Shown piece by piece: positions 53,026 through 62,117 of a stretch of 64,000 bases of DNA (position 1 is the stretch's first letter; each line of letters starts with the position of its first letter). Source of the DNA: Candidatus Krumholzibacteriia bacterium (GTDB lineage: Bacteria; Krumholzibacteriota; Krumholzibacteriia; Krumholzibacteriales; Krumholzibacteriaceae); contig CAWIIQ010000001.1 of assembly GCA_963836185.1 (NCBI GenBank), positions 1,440,001-1,504,000 of the forward strand, written 5' to 3'. Position numbers and translations under genes: made by a program. The notes under the pieces were generated by a model. That model worked only from the letters and a program-made list of their open reading frames with translations, was not told the origin of the DNA and searched no databases.

Positions 53026-54306
53026 ATGCCCGCTACAGTGATATTGGGTGGCCAGTGGGGAGACGAGGGCAAAGCCAAGGTCGTCGACTTTCTGATGTCC
53101 CGCCATGATGCCGTGATCCGCTTCCAGGGAGGAGCGAACGCAGGTCATACCGTGGTGAACGATGAGGGAACATTCAAGTTTCACCAGATACCCTCCGGAA
53201 TACTTTATCCTGATGTGACGGCCGTGATGGGAAACGGAATGGTCATCGATCCGTTTTCCTTCAGAGATGAACTCGGTGAACTTCTCAAGAGGAGCATCGA
53301 TGTGGCTGGGAGACTTTTCCTGAGCTCAGCCGCACAGGTCGTTATGCCGCACCACAAGTTCATAGACAGTCTCATGGAGGGGGAGCTCAAGAAGAATCAT
53401 ATCGGAAGTACGGGAAAGGGAATCGGTCCCGCTTACTCGTCCAAGCACAGCAGGCGCGGTATGAGGATGGGCGATTTTCTCCTCTCCAAGGAAGATCTGC
53501 ACGAACTGGTCACAAGGGCAACGGAGTGGGGTAACAGGGATATCGAATTATTTGGAGCTCCTCCGCTTTCCACGAAGAAGGTAGCGGCCGATTTCGTGAA
53601 TATACAGGAACTGCTCAGCCCGATGATCATCGACACTCAGGAACTCGTGACACGGTGGAAGCAGGAGGGAAAGAATATCATGCTCGAGGGCGCCCAGGGC
53701 ACCCTTCTCGATATAGATCACGGGACATATCCATTCGTGACATCGAGCAATTGCTCTATCGGTGGAGCCATCACGGGAAGCGGGCTCTCACACAGGGACA
53801 TCGGCAGGGCGATAGGGATATTCAAGGCTTATACGACAAGGGTCGGAAACGGACCCTTCCCGACAGAGCTCGAGGACGATACGGGCGACTGCCTTCGCGA
53901 CAAGGGGAACGAATTCGGGACAACGACGGGAAGGCCGAGGCGCTGCGGATGGTTCGATCTCGTCGCGGCACGATACGCGGTAAACCTCAATGGCCTCGAG
54001 GAGATCGCGTTGACCAAGCTCGATGTGCTCTCGGGGCAGGAGACGATCAAATTCTGCGTGGCATACGAGCTTGATGGAGAGAGGATCGACTATTTCCCGC
54101 AGAACGTGAATCTTCTCAATCGCTGCAAGCCCGTCTACGAAGAGATGCCGGGCTGGCCCGACCAGAAACTCGGGGGAGACTTCGAGGATCTGCCTGAAAA
54201 CGCGAAGGCTTACGTAAATATGCTCGAGGAGAGGCTCGGGATCCGCGCCTCGTTCATCTCGACAGGTCCCGAGCGAAGCAGCACGATCGTAAGGGAAGGC
54301 GCCTGA
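53026..54306 (+). CDS. purA: Adenylosuccinate synthetase
   Basis: GGQWGDEGKAK, GGANAGHT, EGAQGTLLDIDHGTYPFVTSS, TTGRPRRCGW. Confidence 0.97.
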   Translation: MPATVILGGQWGDEGKAKVVDFLMSRHDAVIRFQGGANAGHTVVNDEGTFKFHQIPSGILYPDVTAVMGNGMVIDPFSFRDELGELLKRSIDVAGRLFLSSAAQVVMPHHKFIDSLMEGELKKNHIGSTGKGIGPAYSSKHSRRGMRMGDFLLSKEDLHELVTRATEWGNRDIELFGAPPLSTKKVAADFVNIQELLSPMIIDTQELVTRWKQEGKNIMLEGAQGTLLDIDHGTYPFVTSSNCSIGGAITGSGLSHRDIGRAIGIFKAYTTRVGNGPFPTELEDDTGDCLRDKGNEFGTTTGRPRRCGWFDLVAARYAVNLNGLEEIALTKLDVLSGQETIKFCVAYELDGERIDYFPQNVNLLNRCKPVYEEMPGWPDQKLGGDFEDLPENAKAYVNMLEERLGIRASFISTGPERSSTIVREGA

Positions 54307-54310
54307 ACAG

Positions 54311-54339
54311 TTGACATATCGCCTCGCTGCTATTAGATT
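54311..54339 (+). promoter_or_regulatory. Promoter of tRNA-Lys
   Basis: TTGACA-N17-TAGATT. Confidence 0.55.
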
Positions 54340-54392
54340 GATTTCGCCGCCGCTGTACGAGCGGCGGCTATACATTTCAGACTGCCATTTAT

Positions 54393-54466
54393 GGGCCGCT
54401 AGCTCATCCGGTTAGAGCACCTGCCTTTTAAGCAGGGGGTGCCAGGTTCAAGTCCTGGGCGGCTCA
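54393..54466 (+). tRNA. tRNA-Lys(TTT), CCA not encoded
   Basis: GGGCCGC/GCGGCTC acceptor, CCTGC-CTTTTAA-GCAGG anticodon arm, CCAGG-TTCAAGT-CCTGG T-arm. Confidence 0.95.
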
Positions 54467-54521
54467 TTTTTTCATGTATTCACTGTTAAAAGCTAGTCAG
54501 TGTTGATAATCACGTAAGTGA

Positions 54522-56450
54522 TTACTCCATGATTTCTATATTCAGCGGTGTTTTGATAGAAGAGGTGTCGAAGCCGTTCTCTTCGAGATGATCGATTATC
54601 ATCTGTCCTATTTTCTGGGGATCGGGAAGATCATCCTCTCTGCACGGCGCGGTATGGCCTTCCATATCGGAGATGGTCAGTATGCTTTCCCTGAGAAGCA
54701 ATTTGTAATATTTCTGATGATAGAATATGCCAACCGATCCAATCGAGTAGAACGGTGGTGAGATTTTGCGGATGTCCAGCTGCTTTCCATACTTCTTTTG
54801 TGTGACAAGACCGCGTTCACGGGTGGCAGTGAAAATAAAGCGTCGGGAATCGACATCGGATGACAGAAGGGACATTCCTCCCATCCACTCGGGCTGCGCG
54901 ATATCCATATAGTCCAGGATCGTTGGAGCGATGTCGAGATTCTGAACATTAGCTTTTATTCGTCTCTTGTGCTTTCCGTCGGGAAAAATAAACATCAAAG
55001 GTACTCGAACATCAACTGTCCATCGAGGACCATGATCGGTACAGATGACCACTATGGTGTTATGCGAGACATTGCTCTCCTTGAGTTTCTGCATAAGCTC
55101 CTCGATAAAACCATCAAAACCCAATATGGAATCATCATAGAAATCGGTCATCCATGGGTCTGTCTCTTTCTTATTTGCTGAAAAGACTCGATTGCTGAGA
55201 CGGAACAAGGGACCGTGAGTTCCGAGCAGATGTACATGTACAAAGAATGGGGAATGAGAACTATCAATAATCGTAAACAGGTCCTTGATTCTCTCTTTGT
55301 CCCAGTTGTATCTTCTCCCGGTTGTGCCCAGTTCAGCCATCGGATCTCTCATGTGCTGCATATTGAATACATGCAGGAAACGAATCGTTATCCTTTCTCG
55401 CATCGCGTTGATAAAATAAACAGATTTGTCACCCAGCAACGCCTGGGATAAGACTTCCAGATTATCCCGCTCAATTTCTCTACGATTGGCCCAATGGAAC
55501 GAGTTAAGCATATTCATGTCTATCGGGTCGGCATGATGGCGAGTGCTGATATCAGAGTTTCGAAAACCGTATTTTCTCAGTTCGCCGGGTAGATGTTGAT
55601 AGGCATCATCACCTTCCAGTATCTGAGGAGGGAACATCAGCCTTGTTCTGGTAGGGAGCTTCCCTGTAAACATCGAGGCAATTGAAGCGCTGGAAGCATC
55701 GGCGTTGGTGAAACAGTTTTCACATAGAAGGAGATCTTGGGAAATCTTATCGAGGTATGGAGTCGTTTTCCGTTCATATCCGTAAACGGACATATGTCGT
55801 GCGTCAAGACCGTCGCTGGACAGAATAATGATATTCGGTGGATTTTCAAGCGAGAGGGACCTTTCGTTCCACTTGAGATTCTCAAGTTGGGACTTATCAA
55901 CGCTTGTGGCGATGAACACGATAGAGACGAGTATCAGTCCCAAAACCAATGTGACTACAGCGCGGAATGAATACTTGCCTGAAAACATTTTCTTGAGATT
56001 AGGAAGTTCCACATAGAAGATGAACGCAAGAATAAGCATCAGTAACCAATAGGCCGCCAGACCTACACCACTTACGTTTCTTACACCGAAGTGCAGAACT
56101 GTATATGTGAAATTGTCTACGAGAAGGAGGGATATCGCGACAAGTACCAAGGTCGTAATTATAGAGGCTGTCGTCGAGCATATACGCAGGACGAACGCAT
56201 TTTTCGTAATGATGAACGGGAGGAAGCAAAGGAACATGGCGAGTGTTCCGATAATAACCGGTGGTATTGGCGAAACGAGCAGAATCTGGATCTTCTCCAA
56301 AAGGCCCATCTTGTCCATGAATGACGGCTTTGTTATATAAAAAAGCCATTCCAGCAGAACGTGAAGATATACCAGGAGTACGATCAGAGTGATCTGAACC
56401 TTCCAGCCGCTTTTTCTCCCGGCCTGATCGTCGGACATCGCGCTAATCAT
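54522..56450 (-). CDS. Membrane-anchored alkaline-phosphatase-superfamily (LtaS/sulfatase-like) hydrolase/transferase
   Basis: About 5 N-terminal TMs; NIIILSSDG, YGY...TTP, SIASMFTG, HLLGTHGP, TDHG, NLDIAPT. Confidence 0.8.
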   Translation of the reverse strand: MISAMSDDQAGRKSGWKVQITLIVLLVYLHVLLEWLFYITKPSFMDKMGLLEKIQILLVSPIPPVIIGTLAMFLCFLPFIITKNAFVLRICSTTASIITTLVLVAISLLLVDNFTYTVLHFGVRNVSGVGLAAYWLLMLILAFIFYVELPNLKKMFSGKYSFRAVVTLVLGLILVSIVFIATSVDKSQLENLKWNERSLSLENPPNIIILSSDGLDARHMSVYGYERKTTPYLDKISQDLLLCENCFTNADASSASIASMFTGKLPTRTRLMFPPQILEGDDAYQHLPGELRKYGFRNSDISTRHHADPIDMNMLNSFHWANRREIERDNLEVLSQALLGDKSVYFINAMRERITIRFLHVFNMQHMRDPMAELGTTGRRYNWDKERIKDLFTIIDSSHSPFFVHVHLLGTHGPLFRLSNRVFSANKKETDPWMTDFYDDSILGFDGFIEELMQKLKESNVSHNTIVVICTDHGPRWTVDVRVPLMFIFPDGKHKRRIKANVQNLDIAPTILDYMDIAQPEWMGGMSLLSSDVDSRRFIFTATRERGLVTQKKYGKQLDIRKISPPFYSIGSVGIFYHQKYYKLLLRESILTISDMEGHTAPCREDDLPDPQKIGQMIIDHLEENGFDTSSIKTPLNIEIME

Positions 56451-57822
56451 CTTTCCTCATCATGTAGAGGGTTCTCAGGGAATCGACGACCTTTTCGGCG
56501 CGCTCGATCCTGAAATACCGCGAGAAGGCTTCTTCGAAATTCTCCTTCGTGTAATCATCGAAGACATCCTCACGGCACACGAGGAGGCGACGGACCTGCG
56601 AATCTTCCTTGGGAACGAATTCTACGATCAAGACGTCGCATACCCTGCTGAGGAACTCCGCTATCCTGTCCAGGGGAAGGTTGTTTGATATCGCCAGATG
56701 ATGGATCAGTGCTAGAGCCAGAGCCACATCGGCGGGTCCACGCTCGATCAGAGACATCCGTTCGCGGCCGCTCCAGCCCATGCCGGATGTCGGATTAGTC
56801 AAATCGAGAACGAGAGGAAGAATGTTCTTTTTTGCCTTCTGGACGCACTCGAGATAATTCCTCTCGACTGCCGCGGGATCGACATCGAACGAAAGGACAT
56901 ATCCGCCCCCGGAGGCGGCAATCGCGCTGTACCGACCCGTATTCGCGCCGAGGTCCCACACGACACGGGTCCGGACGGCATCCAGGAACTCGCCGATGAG
57001 TCTGTCTTTGTATACGAGACCTTCTGCGGTGTAGTTAGTATCCTCGTAATATTCTGCCCACTCAGTGCCGCGCGGCGCCCATTTAAGTCGCTTGATCGCT
57101 GAATCCAGACTGTCGATGATTCCGAGCAAGGCAGTGCGGCTCACCTTTCCGCGTTTAACGGGCTTCTTTGTCTCATCCGCATATTTAGCCTGGTAACGGG
57201 AATGGAGATGAATATGTGTTATTAGAGGAAACGAGAGGTAAGAGCGAAAAGGCAGAAGGGCGCTTGCGAGATCGAGCGGTATGCCGTCTATATATATCTG
57301 GAAGAGCTGGCTGAGGCGCACATCCTTGTAGCTCATGAGGGCTAGCGGCGCGAGAAAGTGCTGGCAGAACTGGCGGTAGGCGACCCAGGGCTGGCCTTCC
57401 CGGTACCGCTCGAATGAGAGCGTGTCGATGAAGACCGCTCTTCCCCCTTCGAACTGCACGTTGAACGCGCTGCAATCCTTCAGCGACATATCGTGCTCGA
57501 GCGCTTTCTTCTGTACCGCGAGTGTCAGGAGGGCGGCATCTTTCAACTGACTGAAACACCACTCGTGGGGATACGAGATAAAAGGGATGATCCGGGGGTG
57601 CAGTATCTTATACGCGTCGTCTGAGACGGTGAGGGAGAGGTCTGCCTCTTCGTGCTCTACGATCAATCGATCAGAAACGAGCTGTTCGTAGAGTCCGGAC
57701 TGGATAAAATGCTCGTATTCTTGCTGGTAGCGTTTATTGATCTGCCGGTACAGCTGTCCTTCTCTGAAAAACATGAATCCGTTTGGATCGCGGAAGGAAC
57801 CGCCGTGCGTCTCTTTATCCAT
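56443..57822 (-). CDS. NoeA-like protein: N-terminal kinase-like domain plus class I SAM methyltransferase
   Basis: SFRDPNG, ISYPHEW, LKDCSAFNVQF, FIDTLSF; VWDLGANTG, ALALIHHL, EFVPKED. Confidence 0.8.
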   Translation of the reverse strand: MDKETHGGSFRDPNGFMFFREGQLYRQINKRYQQEYEHFIQSGLYEQLVSDRLIVEHEEADLSLTVSDDAYKILHPRIIPFISYPHEWCFSQLKDAALLTLAVQKKALEHDMSLKDCSAFNVQFEGGRAVFIDTLSFERYREGQPWVAYRQFCQHFLAPLALMSYKDVRLSQLFQIYIDGIPLDLASALLPFRSYLSFPLITHIHLHSRYQAKYADETKKPVKRGKVSRTALLGIIDSLDSAIKRLKWAPRGTEWAEYYEDTNYTAEGLVYKDRLIGEFLDAVRTRVVWDLGANTGRYSAIAASGGGYVLSFDVDPAAVERNYLECVQKAKKNILPLVLDLTNPTSGMGWSGRERMSLIERGPADVALALALIHHLAISNNLPLDRIAEFLSRVCDVLIVEFVPKEDSQVRRLLVCREDVFDDYTKENFEEAFSRYFRIERAEKVVDSLRTLYMMRKDD

Positions 57823-58066
57823 CTTTACCTGGAGGATCGTCTTTTCGCTGATCGTTTTTTCTGAGGATGTTGTTGCTTACGAAGAACTGGATCCTTTTCC
57901 AAAAAAGTTTGAGCATGAAGGCGGTGCCGACAAGGCCGGCCAGGACGATCTGCAGGATGTAACTTCCCGTCCCCGGGTCTACATACGCATGGGCGCTGCC
58001 GCAGAGAAGCATGACTGCGCAGGTTGACAATACGACCGTGCTTAACAGAAATCGTATATGCCGCAT
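57815..58066 (-). CDS. Small membrane protein with AYVDPGTGS motif
   Basis: Signal peptide ending AHA, YVDPGTGS, one TM helix, basic tail; overlaps the next gene. Confidence 0.8.
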   Translation of the reverse strand: MRHIRFLLSTVVLSTCAVMLLCGSAHAYVDPGTGSYILQIVLAGLVGTAFMLKLFWKRIQFFVSNNILRKNDQRKDDPPGKDG

Positions 58067-58208
58067 ATAATTGTTCTCCCTGCTGGAAACGATATCTCGA
58101 GGATGTATCGACTCAGTTTCCTGAGGCCGTTAGTATCAAGAAATACAGGACTTATCGGAATTTTAACAGAATCAGGCCGGCATTGCCAGCAGAATGTCTT
58201 TTATCCCG

Positions 58209-58814
58209 TTACAGTATCTGCCCCTCGTCCTTCTCCCGGAGAAATACCATCGCGGCCGTGACGCACCAGACTGGCATCAATACGAGGGCGAGCGGAGAGA
58301 GCACGACAGTCAGTTCCAGGACTCCCATGACGAGGGTCACGTATGCGAAGACTTTCATCAGCTCGTTCTTCCTCTCTTTCATCTGCAGGAGCCGCAGGCC
58401 GATGAAGATCTCGATGATGCCGGCGGAGGTCATGGAGACGACCCAGAATATGATCAGTGCGATCAGTGACGTCATGTCCGGAGCGGGCCATGTCGTATCG
58501 GCGAATAAGATCATGCCGAAAGAAGCGATAGTGAATACTATGTACCAGATTATGGAGGCATTGATCGGCCCGTCAGCTTTCGAATAGCCGTATCGATCCC
58601 TGAGGAGCTTTCGAAGCATAAGAAGCACAAAGATCATGACAGCAGCGATGACAACAGTGGAAAGGTCCTCGATACTGAGGCCTGGATCATCCATTCCCAT
58701 CATGTGTTTGCCGACGAACGTCTCGGCGAGACCGAAGGCGAACATAAGGGGGAGGAAGACCGCCAGGGCGATCGAAAGCCAGCCCGCAACTGTATAGCTC
58801 TTATCCGTCATCAT
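58209..58814 (-). CDS. Hypothetical polytopic membrane protein
   Basis: About 6 hydrophobic helices; GGAGG RBS. Confidence 0.7.
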   Translation of the reverse strand: MMTDKSYTVAGWLSIALAVFLPLMFAFGLAETFVGKHMMGMDDPGLSIEDLSTVVIAAVMIFVLLMLRKLLRDRYGYSKADGPINASIIWYIVFTIASFGMILFADTTWPAPDMTSLIALIIFWVVSMTSAGIIEIFIGLRLLQMKERKNELMKVFAYVTLVMGVLELTVVLSPLALVLMPVWCVTAAMVFLREKDEGQIL

Positions 58815-58866
58815 CGGACCTCCAGGAATGGATTCTCATTTCGACGCGGGGCAGGAGAGTGCCGGA

Positions 58867-59073
58867 TCAATCCGGAATATACTCGAGGATATCACCGGGC
58901 TGACAATCAAGCTCCCGGCATATCGAACTGAGAGAACCGAACCTGAGGCCCTTCATCTTACCCGTCTTGAAGAGGGAAAGAGCGGTAAGGGACAGTCCGA
59001 CCCTGTTCGACAGCTCGGTCAGCGACATCTTTCTCCTGGCCAGCATCACATCCAGATTTATTTGAATAGCCAT
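58867..59073 (-). CDS. XRE/Cro-C1 (YozG-like) HTH regulator
   Basis: 'MAIQINLDVMLARRKMSLTELS...LDCQPGDILEY'. Confidence 0.9.
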   Translation of the reverse strand: MAIQINLDVMLARRKMSLTELSNRVGLSLTALSLFKTGKMKGLRFGSLSSICRELDCQPGDILEYIPD

Positions 59074-59079
59074 GACTGA

Positions 59080-59132
59080 ATTATATTCCAGAAATTTAAG
59101 TTGTCAAGCTAATAATTTAAGCAAAACTTAAA
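59080..59132 (-). promoter_or_regulatory. Leaderless-type promoter and candidate operator of the XRE gene
   Basis: TTGACA-N16-TATAAT ending 6 nt before the ATG; TTTAAG-N5-CTTAAA palindrome at 59116..59132. Confidence 0.55.
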
Positions 59133-59315
59133 ATACTATAACTAATAGTAGTATATACCCCGGAAGAGATATCACATTCCCTGGTTCATATTGCATAGAA
59201 TACCCGTTCCCGGTCTAAATGGCTTAGAAGCCAGTCATTCTAAGATTCCTCTCGATTAGTTCGTGTTTCTTGCTTATAGTCCGTTTCGGAATATTTCGTT
59301 TATCGGGAGAATATA

Positions 59316-60278
59316 TTGAGATCGAAATCAGCTTCCTTGTTTATCCTGCTGGCTTTGGCCGTCCTGATAGTATCAGGCTGTAACGAAGATACAGCGGTTC
59401 CTGAGTGCTCTGATAAATCGGAAACGCTTCGGAACTACCTGATCGACAATGATATGGACCTGCCCGAACTGCTTGCCGATTGCCTAATAGAAGCCAATGC
59501 GGTTCATGGTAACGAGGCGGCTTACCACGTTATGGATATCCGGAGTGAGGGTGCCTATGATCAGGGTCACATTCCCGGAGCTGTCCTCTCATCACTGACC
59601 AGTATTCTGGCTGATGCGGTCGATAACAACGGTAAACCCATTGTCGTTGTGTGCTATACCGGCCAGACCGCCGGGTATGCCGTAATGGCTTTACGCCTCA
59701 GCGGCTATTCTGACGCCAGGGTCCTTAAGTTCGGTATGAGCTCCTGGCATAGTCATTTCGATTTCTGGACGACAAACTGTGCGGATATCGGTATCGGTCA
59801 TCCCAACTGGATCGAACCTCCTGGAAATATTGAAGCAGACGAAGAACACAGCTATCCTTCGATATCCGTCTGCACATCCGACGGCGCGAGCATCCTTGCA
59901 GAGCGGGTGACCGAAATGCTCAAGGGAGGATTCAAGGGCATCAACGGTAGCGAAGTTCTCAATACACCGGCAGGATATTTCATCAATATCTACTGGCTGG
60001 CAGGTGATGTCGTCTCCTATGGAAATATATCCGGCTCCAGGAGAATATATCCAATGTCGCTGGTGAACGGCGAACTCAGCTTCTGCGAGCCCGGCGCCAT
60101 GGTAGTCTCTTACAGCTGGACGGGGCATACATCCTCGATGATCACTGCATACCTGACTGTTCTGGGCTATAAAGCCGTCAGCCTCAGGTATGGTGTGAAC
60201 GGCATGATCCACGCCAACCTCACCTCGAACAAGTGGAATGGCTCGTTCGATTACACCTACGAAGAAACGAATCCATAG
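59316..60278 (+). CDS. Tandem-rhodanese lipoprotein
   Basis: Lipobox VSGC; DIR...GHIPGA, VVCYTGQTA, LKFGMSSW; second domain YSWTGHTS, LRYGVNG. Confidence 0.85.
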   Translation: MRSKSASLFILLALAVLIVSGCNEDTAVPECSDKSETLRNYLIDNDMDLPELLADCLIEANAVHGNEAAYHVMDIRSEGAYDQGHIPGAVLSSLTSILADAVDNNGKPIVVVCYTGQTAGYAVMALRLSGYSDARVLKFGMSSWHSHFDFWTTNCADIGIGHPNWIEPPGNIEADEEHSYPSISVCTSDGASILAERVTEMLKGGFKGINGSEVLNTPAGYFINIYWLAGDVVSYGNISGSRRIYPMSLVNGELSFCEPGAMVVSYSWTGHTSSMITAYLTVLGYKAVSLRYGVNGMIHANLTSNKWNGSFDYTYEETNP

Positions 60279-60372
60279 TATTCGATTCCTCGTGGGGGGG
60301 CTGATAGAGTCAACTGGGTTTTATTATCGCAGAGTAAGACCTATTCAATTATATTCTGGTCAGGAGGCTTTC

Positions 60373-61503
60373 ATGCATTCTGCCGGAATAATACTGACGC
60401 TCAGCGCTCTTTTACTTTCTTCGCCCGCATGCCTCGAAGAGACGGGCCTCGATCCCGATTCAGGAAGATCTGCCGTGGACGGACCACCCGTCACCCGGAG
60501 CCAGGCGGTCCTTACTGCGGACAGATATGCCAGGGCCCACTGGACCATGACGGTGGAGAGCCGTACAGGTGTGACCTGCAACGGTACTTTTGTGAGCAAC
60601 TATCCTGTGGGCGACAGGATCGGTGTGGGATACAAGTGGGGAGGCTGGACAGAACTCGATGATTTTCTCGACAGGGTCTCCAGGGGCTGGGCGACAGGAA
60701 CGGGAGGGTATATCACGTGGGAGACGATACCTTTCGATTGCGTCGTCGGCGTCTCCTGCACCGGGCTTGTATCAAGGGCCTGGCATCTCGATAACAAGTA
60801 TACTCTGAATTACGATGATCCGGAGATACCCAGGCAATTCGGGGAGATCACTCATGTGATCGAAGGTGTAGACCTGTCGGCGCGCAAGGTGTCCGCTTTG
60901 AAAAAAGGGGACGCCCTTATCAACAAGTATCATGTGGTGCTGTTCGTATACGAGACGATCCACGGGATGGCGATGATCATAGATTCCTCCTATCCTGGGG
61001 TCAGGTTCAGGCCCGTTTCATGGTACGACCTGGCTGCCGACGGATATACAGCGATACGGTACAACAACATCGTTGATGACAGGGATCCTTCAGGAACGAT
61101 CTCGAATCCGATAGAGCTGGAGGCCGGCGGGATGGATCTGTTGGTCGGCGGGAATACACGCGATTTTGTCAGTCTGGAATTTCACAATTATTCGATAGCC
61201 CCTTCGTCCCGTCAGCCGGGACCGGAGATGATATATGCACTGAGTATTCCGGAGGATGGCGTTCTCGATGCTTCCATCACACAGTTCAAGGAAGAGGGGA
61301 TAGACAACGATATCCACCTTCTCGGATCGTTCGAGAAGGACGCGCAGGGTATGGCTCTCGACTGCCTGGCGCGAGGGGATTACAGTATCGAAGCGTCAGT
61401 CAGCGCCGGGACGTACTACATAGTCATAGATGGACGCAACAATACACCTGGAGAATACACACTCACGGTTAGATTCAGACCGGATTCCTTCCCCGGCCGA
61501 TAA
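60373..61503 (+). CDS. Lipoprotein with NlpC/P60-like cysteine-peptidase domain and C-terminal PPC-like domain
   Basis: GVGYKWGGW, GVSCTGLVSRAW, KGDALI..HVVLF; 'AGTYYIVIDG...GEYTLTV'; ATG 60373 behind AGGAGG. Confidence 0.65.
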   Translation: MHSAGIILTLSALLLSSPACLEETGLDPDSGRSAVDGPPVTRSQAVLTADRYARAHWTMTVESRTGVTCNGTFVSNYPVGDRIGVGYKWGGWTELDDFLDRVSRGWATGTGGYITWETIPFDCVVGVSCTGLVSRAWHLDNKYTLNYDDPEIPRQFGEITHVIEGVDLSARKVSALKKGDALINKYHVVLFVYETIHGMAMIIDSSYPGVRFRPVSWYDLAADGYTAIRYNNIVDDRDPSGTISNPIELEAGGMDLLVGGNTRDFVSLEFHNYSIAPSSRQPGPEMIYALSIPEDGVLDASITQFKEEGIDNDIHLLGSFEKDAQGMALDCLARGDYSIEASVSAGTYYIVIDGRNNTPGEYTLTVRFRPDSFPGR

Positions 61504-61553
61504 CACTTGAAATTTCTGCTGTCTGGTGCAACACTTTCCGCGGAGGTACAAGC

Positions 61554-62111
61554 ATGCAGATAAAGGGATTGATACTTCACGCCAGGGTAGAGTTCGTCAA
61601 GGATCACTTCGGTGAGGATGCCTGGAACAATGTCCTCAACTCGATGAGCGATGAGGACCGCCAGATCCTCGGGGATATGATAGTAACAGCGAAGTGGTAC
61701 CCCTTCGAAGTCGGCGAGAGACTCGACAGGGCTATTGTCGATGTCCTAGGGGCAGGGGATGAGGGGATATTCGAGGATATAGGCGTCAGGTCCGCCCGTC
61801 GAAGTCTCTTGAAGGTCCACAAATCATTCCTTACGCCGGGCGATCCGCAGGCCTTCATGAAGAAGGCTGATATGATCTACAAGTTCTATTATGATACGGG
61901 TCACAGGGAATACAAGGAGACAGGTCCCAACTCGGGCGTGATCTCTACATACGAAGCGGAGACGTTCTCTGCCGCTGACTGTTTGACTGTCCTCGGGTGG
62001 TACAAAGAGGCGCTGAAGATGTGCGGCGCTAAAAATGTGCAGGGCGCGGAGGAGGAGTGCAGGGCTAAAAACGGCACATGCTGCAGGTACCGTTTCAGCT
62101 GGGAGATGTGA
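61554..62111 (+). CDS. TIGR02265/V4R-like (heme-NO-binding-like fold) hypothetical protein
   Basis: 'IKG....R..FV...FG...W', 'WYP', 'YYDTG', 'C...G..CC.YRFSW'. Confidence 0.6.
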   Translation: MQIKGLILHARVEFVKDHFGEDAWNNVLNSMSDEDRQILGDMIVTAKWYPFEVGERLDRAIVDVLGAGDEGIFEDIGVRSARRSLLKVHKSFLTPGDPQAFMKKADMIYKFYYDTGHREYKETGPNSGVISTYEAETFSAADCLTVLGWYKEALKMCGAKNVQGAEEECRAKNGTCCRYRFSWEM

Positions 62112-62117
62112 TCCGCC

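Noticed and set aside
59190-59260. c-di-GMP-I riboswitch suggested by CCGGTCTAAA
   Set aside because: The upstream GGCAAAC/GAAA/GACGCAAAG elements are absent
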